DNA of 64,000 nucleotides from Chiloscyllium plagiosum (taxonomy: Eukaryota), in assembly GCF_004010195.1 (NCBI RefSeq), contig NC_057758.1:917998-981997 (forward strand). Reading direction: 5' to 3'. Below, piece by piece: positions 37,496 through 50,539 of this stretch. The notes beneath the pieces were generated by a model that made no database searches, was not told the DNA's origin, and saw only the letters and a list, made by a program, of their open reading frames with translations. How positions within the stretch are numbered: position 1 is the stretch's first letter; every line of letters begins with the position of its first letter. Both the position numbers and the translations under genes were made by a program.

Positions 37496-39391
37496 AACAA
37501 TTCAAAGTGGTGTATTTTTGAAGGAAGAAAGCACAAGCCACATTGCAAAGACTCATGAACAGAGTTGTGGCTGGGTTAACAAATTGTGCAGTTTATCTAG
37601 ATGATGTAGCGATCTTTAGGGAGTCATGGAAAAATCACATGGTAAGAATGGCAGAGGTCTGTGAGCAAAACTGGCAATAAACTTAAAGAAAACGGAATTC
37701 ACGAAGGCAGAGGTGACGTTTATGGGACATAACATCAGTCATGGGAAGTCGACCGCAAGGAACGCGAAAGGAAAGGCCATCGGGGAATTTCCATGAACAA
37801 CCTCGAAGAAAGAGGTTCTCTGATTTTTGGAAATAAATGGTTTCAACCGCAAGTTTGTTGCAAACTACAGCAGTGTAGTGGCACCGCAGGGGAACACAAA
37901 GTATCGGTGCACACAGCAATTCCAGGAGGCATTTGACAATTTAAGAGCAGTATTAATCACTGTACCTGTTTTAGCTACGCCACATCTTTTGGAACCGTTC
38001 AAAGTCGCAGTCAATGCTCACGATAAAGGGGTTGGGGCTGTGATGTTTCAGGTAGATGATGATGGAATTGAACAGTCATTTGGCTGCTTTTCAAAGAAAC
38101 TCAACACCCACCATAGAAATAATTCTACCATCGAAAAGGCATTATTGAGTTTGATACTAGCTTTACATTATTTCAGTGTTCATGACGAACAGTGTATCGA
38201 AGACAATTGTGTGCAGGAATCACAGTACTTCAACATTCTTGGAACAATTTAAAGACAAGAATAAGAGACTATTTTATTGGAGTCTTAGGATATAGACTTT
38301 TAATTAACAAATTTTACATTTTGCATGCCGTAAAAATGTAATAGCAGAAACGTTATTGCGGATTTACAGGATAACATATTGATAAGAATTAACAAATACC
38401 AATGTATTCTCATTCAAATCGTTTAGATAAATGACACACAGCAGTGGACCCAGAATCCTCTATGCAAACAACATGTTCAAAGGCCTCCAGTCTGAAAATT
38501 CAAACCTGTATAATTATCGTCTGTGTCTTACGTATAGCTAATTGTGTACCCAATTGGCAAGCTTCCTATGAAACCTCCGTGACCTAACCTTGTTTTAAAT
38601 ACGGAAATGTGTCAAATGTTGTTTGCCTCTCAAGTTCACGTGGACAAGACCTACTGCTCTGTCTCATCAATCTTTTAATTAGCAAATTTTACATGTTGCG
38701 TGTCGTAAAATGCAATTACAGATACGTTATCGCGGATTTAAAGGATAAATTATTGATAAGATTGAACAAATATCATCGTTTTTGTATACACCTGTGTTTT
38801 TGTGTGTGCAGAAATTAATTTAAAAAACGACTAATGTTCTACGCATTTCATTGTAATGGTGTTACCAATTAGAAAAAAGGAAGCGATTTTTCATTGTGAT
38901 ATTTCATTTTTTTCCTTAAGAGGGGAGTTGTTATGAAGTTGAAGGCGTGTATCTTTAAGAGAGAACGAATGCTGTTTTTCACACATAGCTTACAAGCATC
39001 TGTCATACGACTAACTAGCAGTCTCACAATGTCCTGGAAATTTGAACTTACGTAACACTTGGCTGTGAAATAAATACCTGAGTTGTTTGCAGTTTTATCA
39101 CCAATTTGAATCTAACCAATCAGTTCAAATTATGCACTTTGAAAAACATCGCACCATTCAAAAACACTCTGTACCAAAAGTACATTTTTCATATTAAACA
39201 CCTTTGTAGTAAAAGACTGAAGATAACCCAGAGAGATATCCAGCAGAAGGGGGTAGAATACTGTGTGGTTTTGAAATTAAGTTGATGTAATTCTAATGCA
39301 TTTTTAAAACAGTTATTGATTTGGAGGCAGGTAACAAGAAGGTACGAGCAAGGATGGCTCAGACTTGTCAATAGTTGTTTAATGTTCACTG

Positions 39392-40003
39392 AGAACATAG
39401 AGAACACAGAACAATACATCGCAGAAAAGGCAACTCGGCCCTCAATGTTGCGCTGACCTGTGAACTATTGTCAGCCCTTCCCCCTACACTATCCCATCAT
39501 CATCCATGTGCTTATCCAAGGATTGTTTAAATCTCCCTAATGTGGTTGAGTTCACTATATTGGCAGGTAGGGCATTCCACGCCATTACCACTCTCTGAGT
39601 AAAGAATCTGCCTCTGACATCTGTCTTAAATCTATCACCCCTCAATTTGTAGTCATACCCCCTTGTAGAAGCTAACGTCATCATCCTACCCTATCTAATC
39701 CTCTGATCAATTTGTATATCTCGATCAAATCTCTACTTCGCCTTCCTGTTTCCAATGAAAACAGACCCAAGTCTCTCAGCCAGTCCTCATAACACCTTCC
39801 CTCTAGACCAGGCAACATCCTGGTAAATCTCCTCTGCACCTTTTCCAATGCGACCACATCCTTCCCGAAATATGGCGACCAGACTGTACAAAATATTCCA
39901 AGTGCGGCCGCACTAGCGAATGGTGTAGTTGTAGCATAATATTGCAACTCCAGAATTCAAACACTCTACCAATGAAACCTAACACACCGTATGCTTTCTT
40001 AAC
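39392..40003 (-). mobile_element. CR1 3' end inserted in the Gypsy 3' LTR
   Basis: Minus ORFs LEKVQRRFTRMLPGLEG and TRGYDYKLRGDRFKTDVRGRFFTQRVV. Confidence 0.85.
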
Positions 40004-40254
40004 TTTTAGAATTAAGATATAAGTTGCTATTATTTTCTTTAACGAATGGAATTTGGGATTCGTAGTTACTCATATTTTAACAGATGACGAGGCGAAGTGA
40101 GCTTTTTAGGGCGTTTGGTATAATTAACAGAAGATGTGACCACCATGTCATAACATAACAATTATCTGAGAGCGGAATGCTTGATGTGTTTCAATCAATG
40201 ATGGTATCTGTCCTTGGGACTTTAATATAAGCAGCTTTTTTAGTATCCTGATTA

Positions 40255-40550
40255 GCATCCCTACTGTATGAAAACACGCCCTTCGAGCCAACAAGTCCAC
40301 AACAACAATCCGAAGAGTAACCACCCAGACCCATTCCCCTACATTTACACCTGACTAATGCACCTGACACTATGGGCAATTTTCCATGGTCAATTCATCT
40401 TTGGACTGTGAGAGGAAACCGGAGAAAACCCACACAGAAACGGGGACAATGTGCAAACTCCACACAGACGGTCGCCGGATGCAGGATTTGAACGCGGGTC
40501 CCTCGTGCTGTGAGGCAGCAGTGTTAACCACTGAACCACCGTACCGCCCC
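40255..40550 (-). mobile_element. HE1-like SINE
   Basis: Minus strand GGGCGGTACGGTGGTTCAGTGGTTAACAC... GTTCAAATCC. Confidence 0.85.
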
Positions 40551-40647
40551 AACATTCAATTTGAACATACTTTCGTAAGTGTGGCATCTTTGAATATCGT
40601 CTTTGGCGAAAAAAATGCCAGTGATGAAATGAATTGTGATTTCCCTT

Positions 40648-41321
40648 TGTTGTGAAGGTGTTGAGGTACTGTACCTTTAAGAGGTATTGGAAAAGCTAGC
40701 AAGGGCTGTCTGACATAGCACAAAGTGTTCTGGTCGAGGTGAAAATTTGTTCGACACAAATAGTGCAACAAATTCGGCCAATCAGTTTAAATTAGGCCCC
40801 AAGAAAGCAAACTCAACTCAAATTTAATATTTTGATAATATTAAAGCCAATGATGTTTTGGGGGTAAAAAAGCAGACATTTGAACAGTTCGTGGAGAACT
40901 GACACAGATCAGCAAATATAGACTGCTAGCTGAAGAGCTTTCTGAAAGCTACCTGTCTGTGGGGGGTGGGCAGCAGAACATGAAGGCTGATTGGGAGAGA
41001 ATCTAGAAAGGAGAGTCGGCAAAGCTGACTGGAAATGAAACACGATTATTTTCTTTTTGCAAATCTTATGTGGGATTTTTAATCGAATCAGTATTGCAGA
41101 GTGGGAGGAAAAGATAGATTTAAGAGTAAGCAGTAGTAAATAGTTGCTGGTTCTAATTTTCTCTGTTGGTCTTAAAGGATAAAGGTGTTAATTTTTACTT
41201 TAAGGAGTGACGTCTGGGAATAGATCTTTGCCTCTCGAACTTTAATAGATTACAGCACGGTGTGAACCTTTTCTGTGTTGCTGCTTTAAATTTGCATTGT
41301 GGTGTTGCCCATGTCGTAAAA
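40648..41321 (+). mobile_element. Solo Gypsy LTR with 4-bp TSD
   Basis: TGTTGTGAAG...TGTCGTAAAA flanked by CCTT on both sides; same family as 10430-11151. Confidence 0.75.
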
Positions 41322-42366
41322 CCTTGGAATGTTGTATGTTGTGACGTTGGGTTGCCTACAAATTATTCACAGAAGATTCAGAGGCAATGGTGTGAGTTTA
41401 GACATTTTCTTCGTCATCATCGTGAATTTGTCACGCATGCAAAGAGAACTGATGACATTTCGTTGTTGGACTATTTGAAATAGTATTTGAAACTGGGAAA
41501 TGGACGAGAGTTAGAAATAGTGAAATGGAAAGTGAGAGCCCGAGAGAGAGAGAGAAAGGTGTAGAATGAGACTGAGATGGAGAAAGTGGGAAGGCAGAAT
41601 AACGCAGGAGGAGGCTGAGACAGGGAGTATGAAAGATAAAATAAAGTGAGGCAATATTGCAGGAGACAAGAGTGCAAAAGAGATCGCGAAAAAGAGTGGC
41701 AGTTGAGGTGATGAAATATTGACTGTCATAAAAGGGTGAGATTGAGAAGTACAGAGTGGGAAAGAAGAGAATGTGAAAGACGCACTCGGTAAGGACTGTA
41801 AGAAAGAGCGTGGAAAAGTTAGGAGCGAGATTTTGGACAAAACTGGAAGCGAGAGTGGAGCTCTTTCATAATCAAAGCATTTAGTATTACTGTGTATCTG
41901 TCCCATGGGTCTTAAATTAATTGTGGTGATAGTATACATGTGGATCACAGTGTTTGTGACTAGGAGCAAATGTATGCATGTGTGTGAGGTGGTATATAGC
42001 AGTGCACAGTCGTGAGCGTGACAGTCCAATATGCGTGATAGTGTGTATATCTGTGTGACACTGCATATTTTTGAGAGTTATCACATCGTCATGGGTGCAT
42101 GAAATAACACGTGAATTATCTAATTCTCTATTTAATCTTTTCTGTGTGAAAACATTACAAGCCTCAAACAGTTTGAATAAGGATTTTTCAGCGAACATCT
42201 GTGTTCATTTTATTTTAAATATTTGAATTCGAAGATCTTTCATCGTTCCTGGCACTAAAAAATCGTGATTTTTATGGCCTCCTGTAAAATTCGACTTTGT
42301 ATCCCCAGTATAAACACATCTGATATCGTGTTCCTTAAAATGACAACAAACATTTTTCTCCACTCA

Positions 42367-42403
42367 GCACTGATGAAGAGTGATCTAGACTCGAAACGTT
42401 AGC
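42367..42403 (+). ncRNA. Hammerhead-like motif in a short Penelope-derived terminus
   Basis: CUGAUGA A GAGU GAUCUAG ACUC GAAA CGUU: core and stem II intact, stem I weak. Confidence 0.5.
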
Positions 42404-42589
42404 GTACCCTCTGTCCACGGGTGCTGCCTGACCCATTTTAATTTTCAACATTTTTGCTCTGTGTTCAATACTGATTCAGCATATCAATAATTTACCTCTG
42501 CTCTCTCCTTTGTTAAATTATTTGAATTTACAGGCCCTTCTATGATGGGGATTTCCAGCTACATCTGGCATTTCAATTCCCTCACGAGG

Positions 42590-42880
42590 AATCGATTTGC
42601 AAACAATTCCAATGTATTGGAATACAAATAATCAAGTCCCGGAAATTTATGCACCTTAATGATTTTTTAAAGATTTCCAGCACCTCTTTTTCTGCACAGT
42701 GGATTGTTTTCAAGGCATTGCTATTTATTTGCCCGAGCTCCCCAGCCTCCATATATTCCAAAACAGTAAATACTGACGCAAAATATAAATTTAATATCTT
42801 TTCCATCTCCGGTGGTTCCGCACAGAAACGGTGGCTTTGATGTATAAGGGGCCCTATTCTCTCCTTATTTGCTATTGTTG
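42590..42880 (-). mobile_element. CR1 ORF2 fragment
   Basis: KERIGPL...MEKILNLYFASVFT. Confidence 0.7.
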
Positions 42881-43529
42881 GCACTTTATGCTTTTCCAGT
42901 TATTATTTGACAGAATAGGCAGTGTCTCAGATGCTTAACTTAATGCCAATAACTTTAATACTTGGAAAGACTGTGTGTTCCCTATATTTTTGTCCACTTC
43001 ACATACTGTTTCTTCCAAAAAAATCTGCTGAAAAACTTTTCAGAAAAGTGTTATGGAAAGCACAGTAGAAAGCATTGGTGAGTCACAGCGTTATGGTCTT
43101 GCCATCGATTCCAAACTCTGAATGTTTGTGTGGAGTTCACACGTTCTCCCCATTTCTGCATGGGTTTCTTCTCGGTGCTCCATTTTCCTCCCATAGTCAA
43201 ATATGTACAGGTTAGGTAGATTAACGGTGCATGTTACAAAGTGACGGTGGGAAGCTCCAAAAATGGTCAGTGCAGATTGGATGGATCGAATGGCCTATAT
43301 TTGCACTGTAACTTTTCACGATTCATTAGTTTACATTATGATATTGAAGCAGAGACTGAGACAAAGTAGCAGTAGTATCCGTCGTACTCCTGCAAATTGT
43401 GGTGATATCTCGCAGACTGCATCTTTTGATATGTGAGAGACACCATGTACTGTTGTAATAAGGTGCTTCTGGTCAGTACAACATTGACTCCGTCTACACT
43501 TCTCGCTGCCTGGGAAAGTCAGCTAACAA

Positions 43530-43830
43530 AGGTAAAGACCTCTCTCACCCTGGTTGTAATCTATTCAAACCTCTTACGCCAGGCAGATTTTCAAGAGCTT
43601 AAACACACGAAACAACAGATTCAAGAATAGTTTCTTACCCATTGTCATTGGACGTCGAAATGGAACACAAAAATTTTAAATTTGATGTTGATCTCAATCT
43701 TTGTGCACCTTGACTGCTGCTTTAGTATTATATTATTTGCTCTGTTAAATCACTCTGTTTAATCACTCAATCACTTAGTGCACCTCGGTATATGTGAGAA
43801 TAAAATTCAAAGGAAAAATCAAAACAACTT
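43530..43830 (+). mobile_element. Rex1/L2-like LINE 3' end (inverted copy at 31780-32011)
   Basis: Degenerate RFKNSFLPIVIG terminal motif. Confidence 0.5.
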
Positions 43831-43852
43831 CGCATGTATAATGACTCACCAG

Positions 43853-44112
43853 GATTAGATTAGATACAGTGTGGAAACAGGCCCTTCGGCCCAACAAGTC
43901 CACCGAAGCCGAGGCGCAACCCACCCATACCCCTACATTTACGCCTTTCACCTGACCTGCAGGACTGTGGAAGGAAACCGGAGCACCCGGAGGAAACCCA
44001 CGCAGACACGGGGAGAACATGCAAACTCCACACAGTCAGTCGCCTGGGAATTGAACCTGGGTCTCTGGCGCTGTGAGGCAGCAGTGCTAACCACTGTGCC
44101 ACCGTGCCGCCC
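43853..44112 (-). mobile_element. HE1-like SINE (duplicate of 31488-31759, sharing flanks)
   Basis: A/B boxes; flanks homologous to the 31.5 kb copy. Confidence 0.9.
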
Positions 44113-44409
44113 ACAAGCATGCAGGAACATGGACGAAGAACGTCATATCGATTCATCAAGTGGATCAGTCTTCCCCATCCCTGCACTAATCATGAGAGAT
44201 AACAGCAGTAGACAAGCGATATGCAAGAGGACTGGGCATAACAGATCCAACATTGACAGTCCAAGGATAGCCGGTAGGCTATTTCGGACTGAGATGAGGA
44301 AATATTTCTACATTTACAAAACTTTCTAACTGTGAAATTAACTGCCATAGAAAGAAGTTAAGGGAAAAAAAGATCGAAAGTTATCAAGAAAGAGTTAGAA
44401 ATAATTATA

Positions 44410-44935
44410 ACATAGAACACAGAACATTACAGCGCAGTACAGGCCCTTCGGCCTTCGATGTTGTACTGAACTGTCATACCAATCTGAAGCCGATTTAACA
44501 TGCACTATTCCATGTATGTCCATATGGTTATCCAATGACTCCTTAAATATACATAAAGTTGGCGAATCTACTACCGTTGCATGCACGACATTCCTCTGAG
44601 TAAAGAAACTACCTCTGATATCTATCTCCCCTCAATTTAAAGCTATGCCCCCTCGTGCTCGCCGTCACCATTCGGGGAAAAAGGCTCTACCTGTCCACCC
44701 TATCTAACCCTCTTATTATTATATATGTCTCTATTAAGTCAACTCTCAACCTTCTTCTCTCTAACGAAAACTGTCTCAAGTCCTTCAGCCTTTCCTCGTA
44801 AGATCTTCCCTCCATACCAGGCAACATCGAGTAAATCTCCTCTGCACCCTTTCCAAAGCTTCCACATCTTTCTTATAATGCGTTGACCAGAACTGTACAA
44901 AATACTGCAAGTGCGGCCGCACCAGAGCTTTGTAC
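44410..44935 (-). mobile_element. CR1 3' end
   Basis: Reverse complement of 30710-31195, extending further 5'. Confidence 0.85.
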
Positions 44936-45465
44936 ATACATTCTTCGGTTCAAAGTAACAAATGGCATGGGAAAAAATGCAGGGACAGGATACTGAATTG
45001 AATGATCAGTCATAGTCACATTGTTTTGCTGAGCAGGCTCGAAGGGTCAAACTATACCGTCTCATCCTGCACCCACTTTCTATATCAGGATGATAGTAAA
45101 AGCCAGGTGTAATTTTCCAATGAGGAATCCCCCCAAATAGTCAATCCAGTGTCTGCAACATTAAAAACACAAGACCTTTCATTCTTCAGCAAAAAGTAAA
45201 ACTTTATTGATAATTTGAAAATGTTATCTTTGATGTCAGTATCTGTCGTGTGTTCACCATAGAACACCTGCCGTGCAGAAAGTGGCCATTCGGCCCATCA
45301 AGTCCACACCAACCTTCCACAAACCACCACAGAGACCCAGGTCTCAACCAAGCACTGTCTATTGCTAATTCACTTATTCTAAACATACCTGGATACTATA
45401 CGCACTACTGCATTACCAATCAACCGGAACTGCGCATCTTTGGACTGTGGGAGGAAACCGGTAAA

Positions 45466-45821
45466 GCCGGAGGAAATACATGTGCACACGAGGAGAATGT
45501 GGAAACTCCAGACAGACGGTCACTCAAGATTGGAATCGACCCGGCTCCATGGAGTTGTGAGGTAATACTGCAACACCGCGCAACTGATCTATTTTGTTGC
45601 CTATGTATGCTAAATGAAATAAATAATTTTGTTATCAATGTAGGCCGGAGGAAATACATGCGCACACGAGGTGAATGTGGAAACTCCACACAGACGGTCA
45701 CTCAAGACTGGAATCGACTCGGCTCCATGGAGCTGTGAGGTAACACTGCAACACCGCGCAACTGATCTATTTTGTTGCCTATGTATGCTAAATGAAATAA
45801 ATAATTTTGTTATCAATGTAG
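45466..45821. repeat. Tandem duplication, 2 x 178 bp (SINE 5' part plus flank)
   Basis: Units start GCCGGAGGAAATACA at 45466 and 45644. Confidence 0.95.
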
Positions 45822-46053
45822 CTGAGATTCAAATGTGCTCCAATTTAACGAATTCTTCCTTCTTTCTAAATGACTTCCTTTAAAAAATAATTGAAAAGAA
45901 AAGAACGTTACATCTACATCAGATCTACTGTGTAACGTTCAATAAATGTTTATGTAATAATTAATTATATTTCACTTGACCAAATTCCAGGCCACTAAAA
46001 CGTTGTGAAGTTAAAATTTTGTGAGAATAAATATGATCCTAGATTTGACTTTT

Positions 46054-46951
46054 TTAACTGCATGTATTTTTTCTAAAGAACAGTCGCTTCAATGGTGTCC
46101 ATGGAGATTTACCAACGTTTTTCAACTCTACTCTGAATTTTCTCTGGGTTGCTGCATAAATACATGGGTTCAGAAAACAACTGAAAAACTTCAAGAAATC
46201 TCCAACTTCAGTGACAAGATACTCCGGGTTTCTCGTGTCGTATCGGTAATGATTGATGTTTGTCAGTTTGCTAACGCCTAAAATCACTGAATGTGGCGAC
46301 CAAAGCAATAGAAAACTAAATGATGGACCTTTTTCGACTCTCCATCTGTGAATCGTAAGGCTCATTCCTTTGACCCCGGAGTCCCAGACGGGTTCTGCTC
46401 GCCACTAAAATACGGTGAATGGTTAAAGAATTCAGCAAGAGAATCAGAGCAAAAGGAAACCAAATGACCCAGGCGCTGTAAAACCAGACATATGCTATTC
46501 CTTCAGGTGAAGAAAAAAAAAGCCAAATTTCGCTGGCAGCCCCAAGGAATATCGTTAATAATTGTGTGAGGCTCATATTGGGACAAAATCGGTATTTCCT
46601 TCAAAAAGACCACGACAGAGATGGTTACTACAACTGTGTGTGCAATTCTATTGGTGCAATACTTTGCTTTAAAATTCTGGCAACAAATCGCGACAAACCG
46701 ATCGAAAGTGAAGGAGAGCGTGCACCAAACAGTCAATTCAACAGTAGCAGCATCCATATATATGATAACGCTGCATACGCGAGTATGATACAGAAATGAC
46801 AATGTAAAATGATAACTAAAAATATAATTCATCATTATGTTGAGGATAACGACCAGTAGAGCAGCTGTTGCCATGGCCACCATGTATACAGCGATACACT
46901 TGGACAGGCCACATCTTCTAGGAGGAAGAATTATGAGGACCATCAGGTTCG
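46054..46951 (-). pseudogene. GPR139/GPR142-like GPCR pseudogene B, exon 2 (two frameshifts)
   Basis: Acceptor ctctctttgacag|CGAAC. Reads ANLMVLIIL..CGLSKCIAVYMVAMA, SFTFDRFVAICCQ, PWGC, PFALILLLNSLT, MESRKRSII, NPCIYAATQRKFR over ORFs 46503-46958, 46316-46576 and 46054-46365. Confidence 0.92.
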
Positions 46952-47489
46952 CTGTCAAAGAGAGCGGAGGAGGGTGTGGAGAGTGGGGGAGGGGTTAGAG
47001 AGAGAGGTTTGCTGTGATAGATAAAGAAGTAAATATTATTACTATACCAAATGCATCTTAATATGCATGATATTGCTTGAAGTGTGGTAATGTGAGTCAG
47101 TTTTTTATTTCATTAATAATATATGAAAAGTATTTCACCAATCATCACGGAGATAGTTAGGAATACAAACATGTGGGATCATTAATCAACAGAATTATGA
47201 CATTACCAAGATGAAGTGAACGCAGAGATCAGAACAAGCGTTTCATTGAATCATAGAATCCCGTCACTGTGGAAGGAGGACTTTTACCGAAAGAGTCCAC
47301 GTAAACTTGCTGAAGATCAACCTGCCCAGATGCACTCCTCTGCCCTATTCTTGCCAGAATACTGCATCGACTATAGCTAACCGAGCAAGCCTTCGCTTGG
47401 CCATTGCATCTGACCGGCTGTTCTTTGCCTGTGGGTGGAAAATGGAGCCGCTGTTGGAAACTCACATAGACACCGGGAAAACCACTCAG

Positions 47490-49090
47490 TCCAATTCTGC
47501 CGTTGATTCAAGTCACTCTGCAACCTGCAATATTCTTCCACACTGAGCAATACTCCAACCGCTTTAGTGTCATTTGCAACCTTAATAACCCATCCACCTA
47601 TGCGAGCGTCAAAGTCATTTATAGAAACGACAAACAGCAGTGGTCCCAAAATGGATTCTTGTGGCACGCCACGAGTACCCGGACACCAGGATGAATATTT
47701 TCCGTCAACGACCACTCGCTGCCTTTTTTAAGAAAACAAGTTTCTAATCCAAACCGCTAATCCACCCTCAATCACATCCCTCTGCATTTTCTCCAACAGC
47801 CTAGCATATGGAACCTTATCAAAGGACTTACTGAAGTCCGTGTACACCACGTCAACTGCCCTACCCTCATCCACATGCTTGATCATCTTCTCCAAAAAAC
47901 TCAGTGAGGCTTATGAACGAAACCACTTTGACTATCTGCGATCAAATTGTTGCTTGCAAGATTATTATAAATCATTTCTTCATAATTATTTCCAAACTTT
48001 TCCTACAACAGACGTAAGGCACACTGCTCTATAATTACCTCGGTCATCTCTACTGCTCTTCTTGAAGAAGGGCATGACACTTGCAATCATCCAGTCCTCT
48101 GGTCATAAACCTGTAGAAAATGACGACTCAAAGATCAAAGAAAAAAGGCTCCAACATCTCCTCCACAGCTTCCCAGAGAATTCTTGGAGAACTCCCATTC
48201 GGCCTAGGGGAGTTGTCTACTTTCATTTCTTCTGGAATTCATAACAAGTCTTCCTTATTAACCTCGATCCTTTCTCGTCTAATATCTCGTATCTCATTCT
48301 TCTCCTCTGTAGTTCCCTTTTCCTGAGTGAACACTAATGCGAAATATTCGTTTAACACCTCTCCGATCTCCACGGGTTCCACACAAAACTTCACACTTCT
48401 GTCTTTGACTGGTCCAATTCCGACGCAAGTCATCCTTTTATTCCTCGCATACCTATAGAAAGCCATAGTGTTTTCCTTTATTCTATGTATAAAGAATGCT
48501 CATGTCCTGTGTTTTTTCTCCTTAACTCTCTCTTTAAATCCTTCCCAGCTGATCTGTAACTCTCCATCGTCTCGTCTCATTGTCACGTAAGCCTCCTTCT
48601 TCCACTGAACAAGTGATGCAATTTGTGTCGTAAACTATGGTTACCTTATTTTATCTGTTCCTCCCTGACTGCCAGTACAATATCTACCAGGAACACGCAA
48701 TATGTGTTCCTTAAACCAGTTCCACAATTCGATTGGCCCATCCGCTGCATTTTGCTACACCATTCTATGCATCCTCAGTCTTGCGTAATTGCATTATAAT
48801 TGCCCTTGCCCCATCGATAACTCTTGCGCTCTTTCCATCGCTATGCTGAACGTTAGTGAAATATGGTCACTCTCTCCAAAGTGCTCACCTACCACTAAAT
48901 AAAACACCTGGTCTGGTTCAGTACAAAGCAGCAGATCCTGTGTGGCCTCCCCACCTCCCCCCCTCCCCCACTTGTCGACCTTCGACATATTGTCTCAGGG
49001 AATCCCTTCTGCACACATTGGACAAGAACTGATCCATCCGACGTACGAGAGTTATAACATTTCCAGTCACTGTTGGGGAGTGACCTCCCT
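47490..49090 (-). mobile_element. CR1 ORF2 fragment, degraded (SINE fragment at 47245-47490)
   Basis: GVPQESILGPLLFVVSIND, AFYRYARNKRMT..IGPVKD. Confidence 0.85.
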
Positions 49091-50180
49091 GTTCCTTTAA
49101 CTCCTACACAGATGCTCCTGTTTCTAAACTCAGTCCATACTACCTGCTTGTTAAAAGTTCAGAGGTGAGAATTTGACTGTCCTCCTGCACTGTAAAATTC
49201 CAAATCTGGAATGCTGAAAGGCAAATATAGCGCTGTGACACTTAACTATTAGCAATAGCGCAATAGTTAGCGCTATGGATTCAAAACGCTGAGGAACCAG
49301 CCTTGGAACATTGTCTTTGTACAGTTGGCATGTTCTTCCTTTCTCTGCGCGAGGTCCTGTTACATCAGCCGGTATTGTCCAGCAGTCCAGTGTTGTGTGG
49401 TGTTGACATGTTGGTCTTGTCCAATTGGCCTTACCTGTTCAGGAATGAGAATTTTGGTGGATTAGCAACACTTTTAATGTGAGGTCATGGAAGTGGGTCT
49501 GGGCGTGATAATTCTCACAGGGTCGGTGGATTTTGTCTCTCAGCACTGTAGCGATTTCATGTATTCAGGGAGTCAGAATTGGAATGCGGTTCAGTCCTGT
49601 AACACAAACGTGTACAGCATTCAAAGAAGGTAAGGGGAAGAAGACGTTTGAGCATAAAATTGACGATGAAAGCAGAATTGGAACTTAATAGAGACTTTTG
49701 ATCTGTGAAGCAGATCATTGCAGATTCCATTGACTGAAGATTTATTTTTTCAAAATTCGTGAGCCTTTCTGACATTAACATGTGCGTGTATTGCCAACAT
49801 CATTTGTATCCTACCATTTTCTTTTCAACTAATACACATTTACTGTTGAGCTGAAAAGCCTCATTGGGATATCGCTGGCGAAACCAAATGCAAAATTATC
49901 ACCAACAATTTCTGGTGTCGAAACTATTCAGGGTTGTTAGTACCAGTTGACCATGAGTTCTCACTCCCTTCCGCAGGAAGTGATTTTACCTTTGTGTCTC
50001 AGTCGCACTAAACTGTGGGAGAACCAACAGATCATGAAGTGCACAATGAAGGAATGAAGACTTATCCTCACTGTGCCTTTGCCACTAACACCTGATGAGG
50101 TGCGAGTGGCAATATTAGTTCCAACAAATGAACTTGTGAGACAGCATTTTTTTTCTCTACTGATTTCTAACCAATTCTGT

Positions 50181-50478
50181 GGGCGGCACGGTGGCGTAGT
50201 GGTTAGCACTGCTGCCTTACAGCGCCAGAGACCCGGATTCAATTCCCGCCTCAGAGAACCGTTCTCCCCGTGTCTGCGTGTGTTTCCTCCGGTTTCCTCC
50301 CACAGTCCAAAGATGTGCAGGTCAGGTCAAGTGGCTATGCTAATTTGCCCGCAGTGTGAGGTAAGGGGTAAATGTAGGGGTATGGGTGGGTTGCGCTTCG
50401 GCGGGTCGGTGTGGACTTGTTGGGCCGAAGGGCCTGTTTCCACACTGTAAGTAATCCAAAAATCTACTTTAATCTAAC
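50181..50478 (+). mobile_element. HE1-like SINE
   Basis: A box GGCACGGTGGCGTAGTGGTTAGCAC and shared 3' end. Confidence 0.9.
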
Positions 50479-50539
50479 CACACGCCCTCTGGAGAGTTAA
50501 TTGTGGAGAAAACATATCACTTGATCGACTTGTACTTCT

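Larger units (their letters stand above)
32512..40153 (+). mobile_element. Gmr1-type Gypsy LTR retrotransposon (gag, INT, RT, RNase H), degraded, with nested insertions
   Basis: Partial 5' LTR to about 32800; PBS-Pro TGGGGGCTCG at 32809; gag PQFDEKDLEAF at about 33590. Integrase (..IPTFEEPFTWVMNHCAGLLPKT) 35690-36180, RT 36650-37800, RNase H PFKVAVNAHDKGVGAV 37900-38360. PPT AAGAGGGGAG; 3' LTR TGTTATGA(38929)...TCATAACA(40153). Confidence 0.85.
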
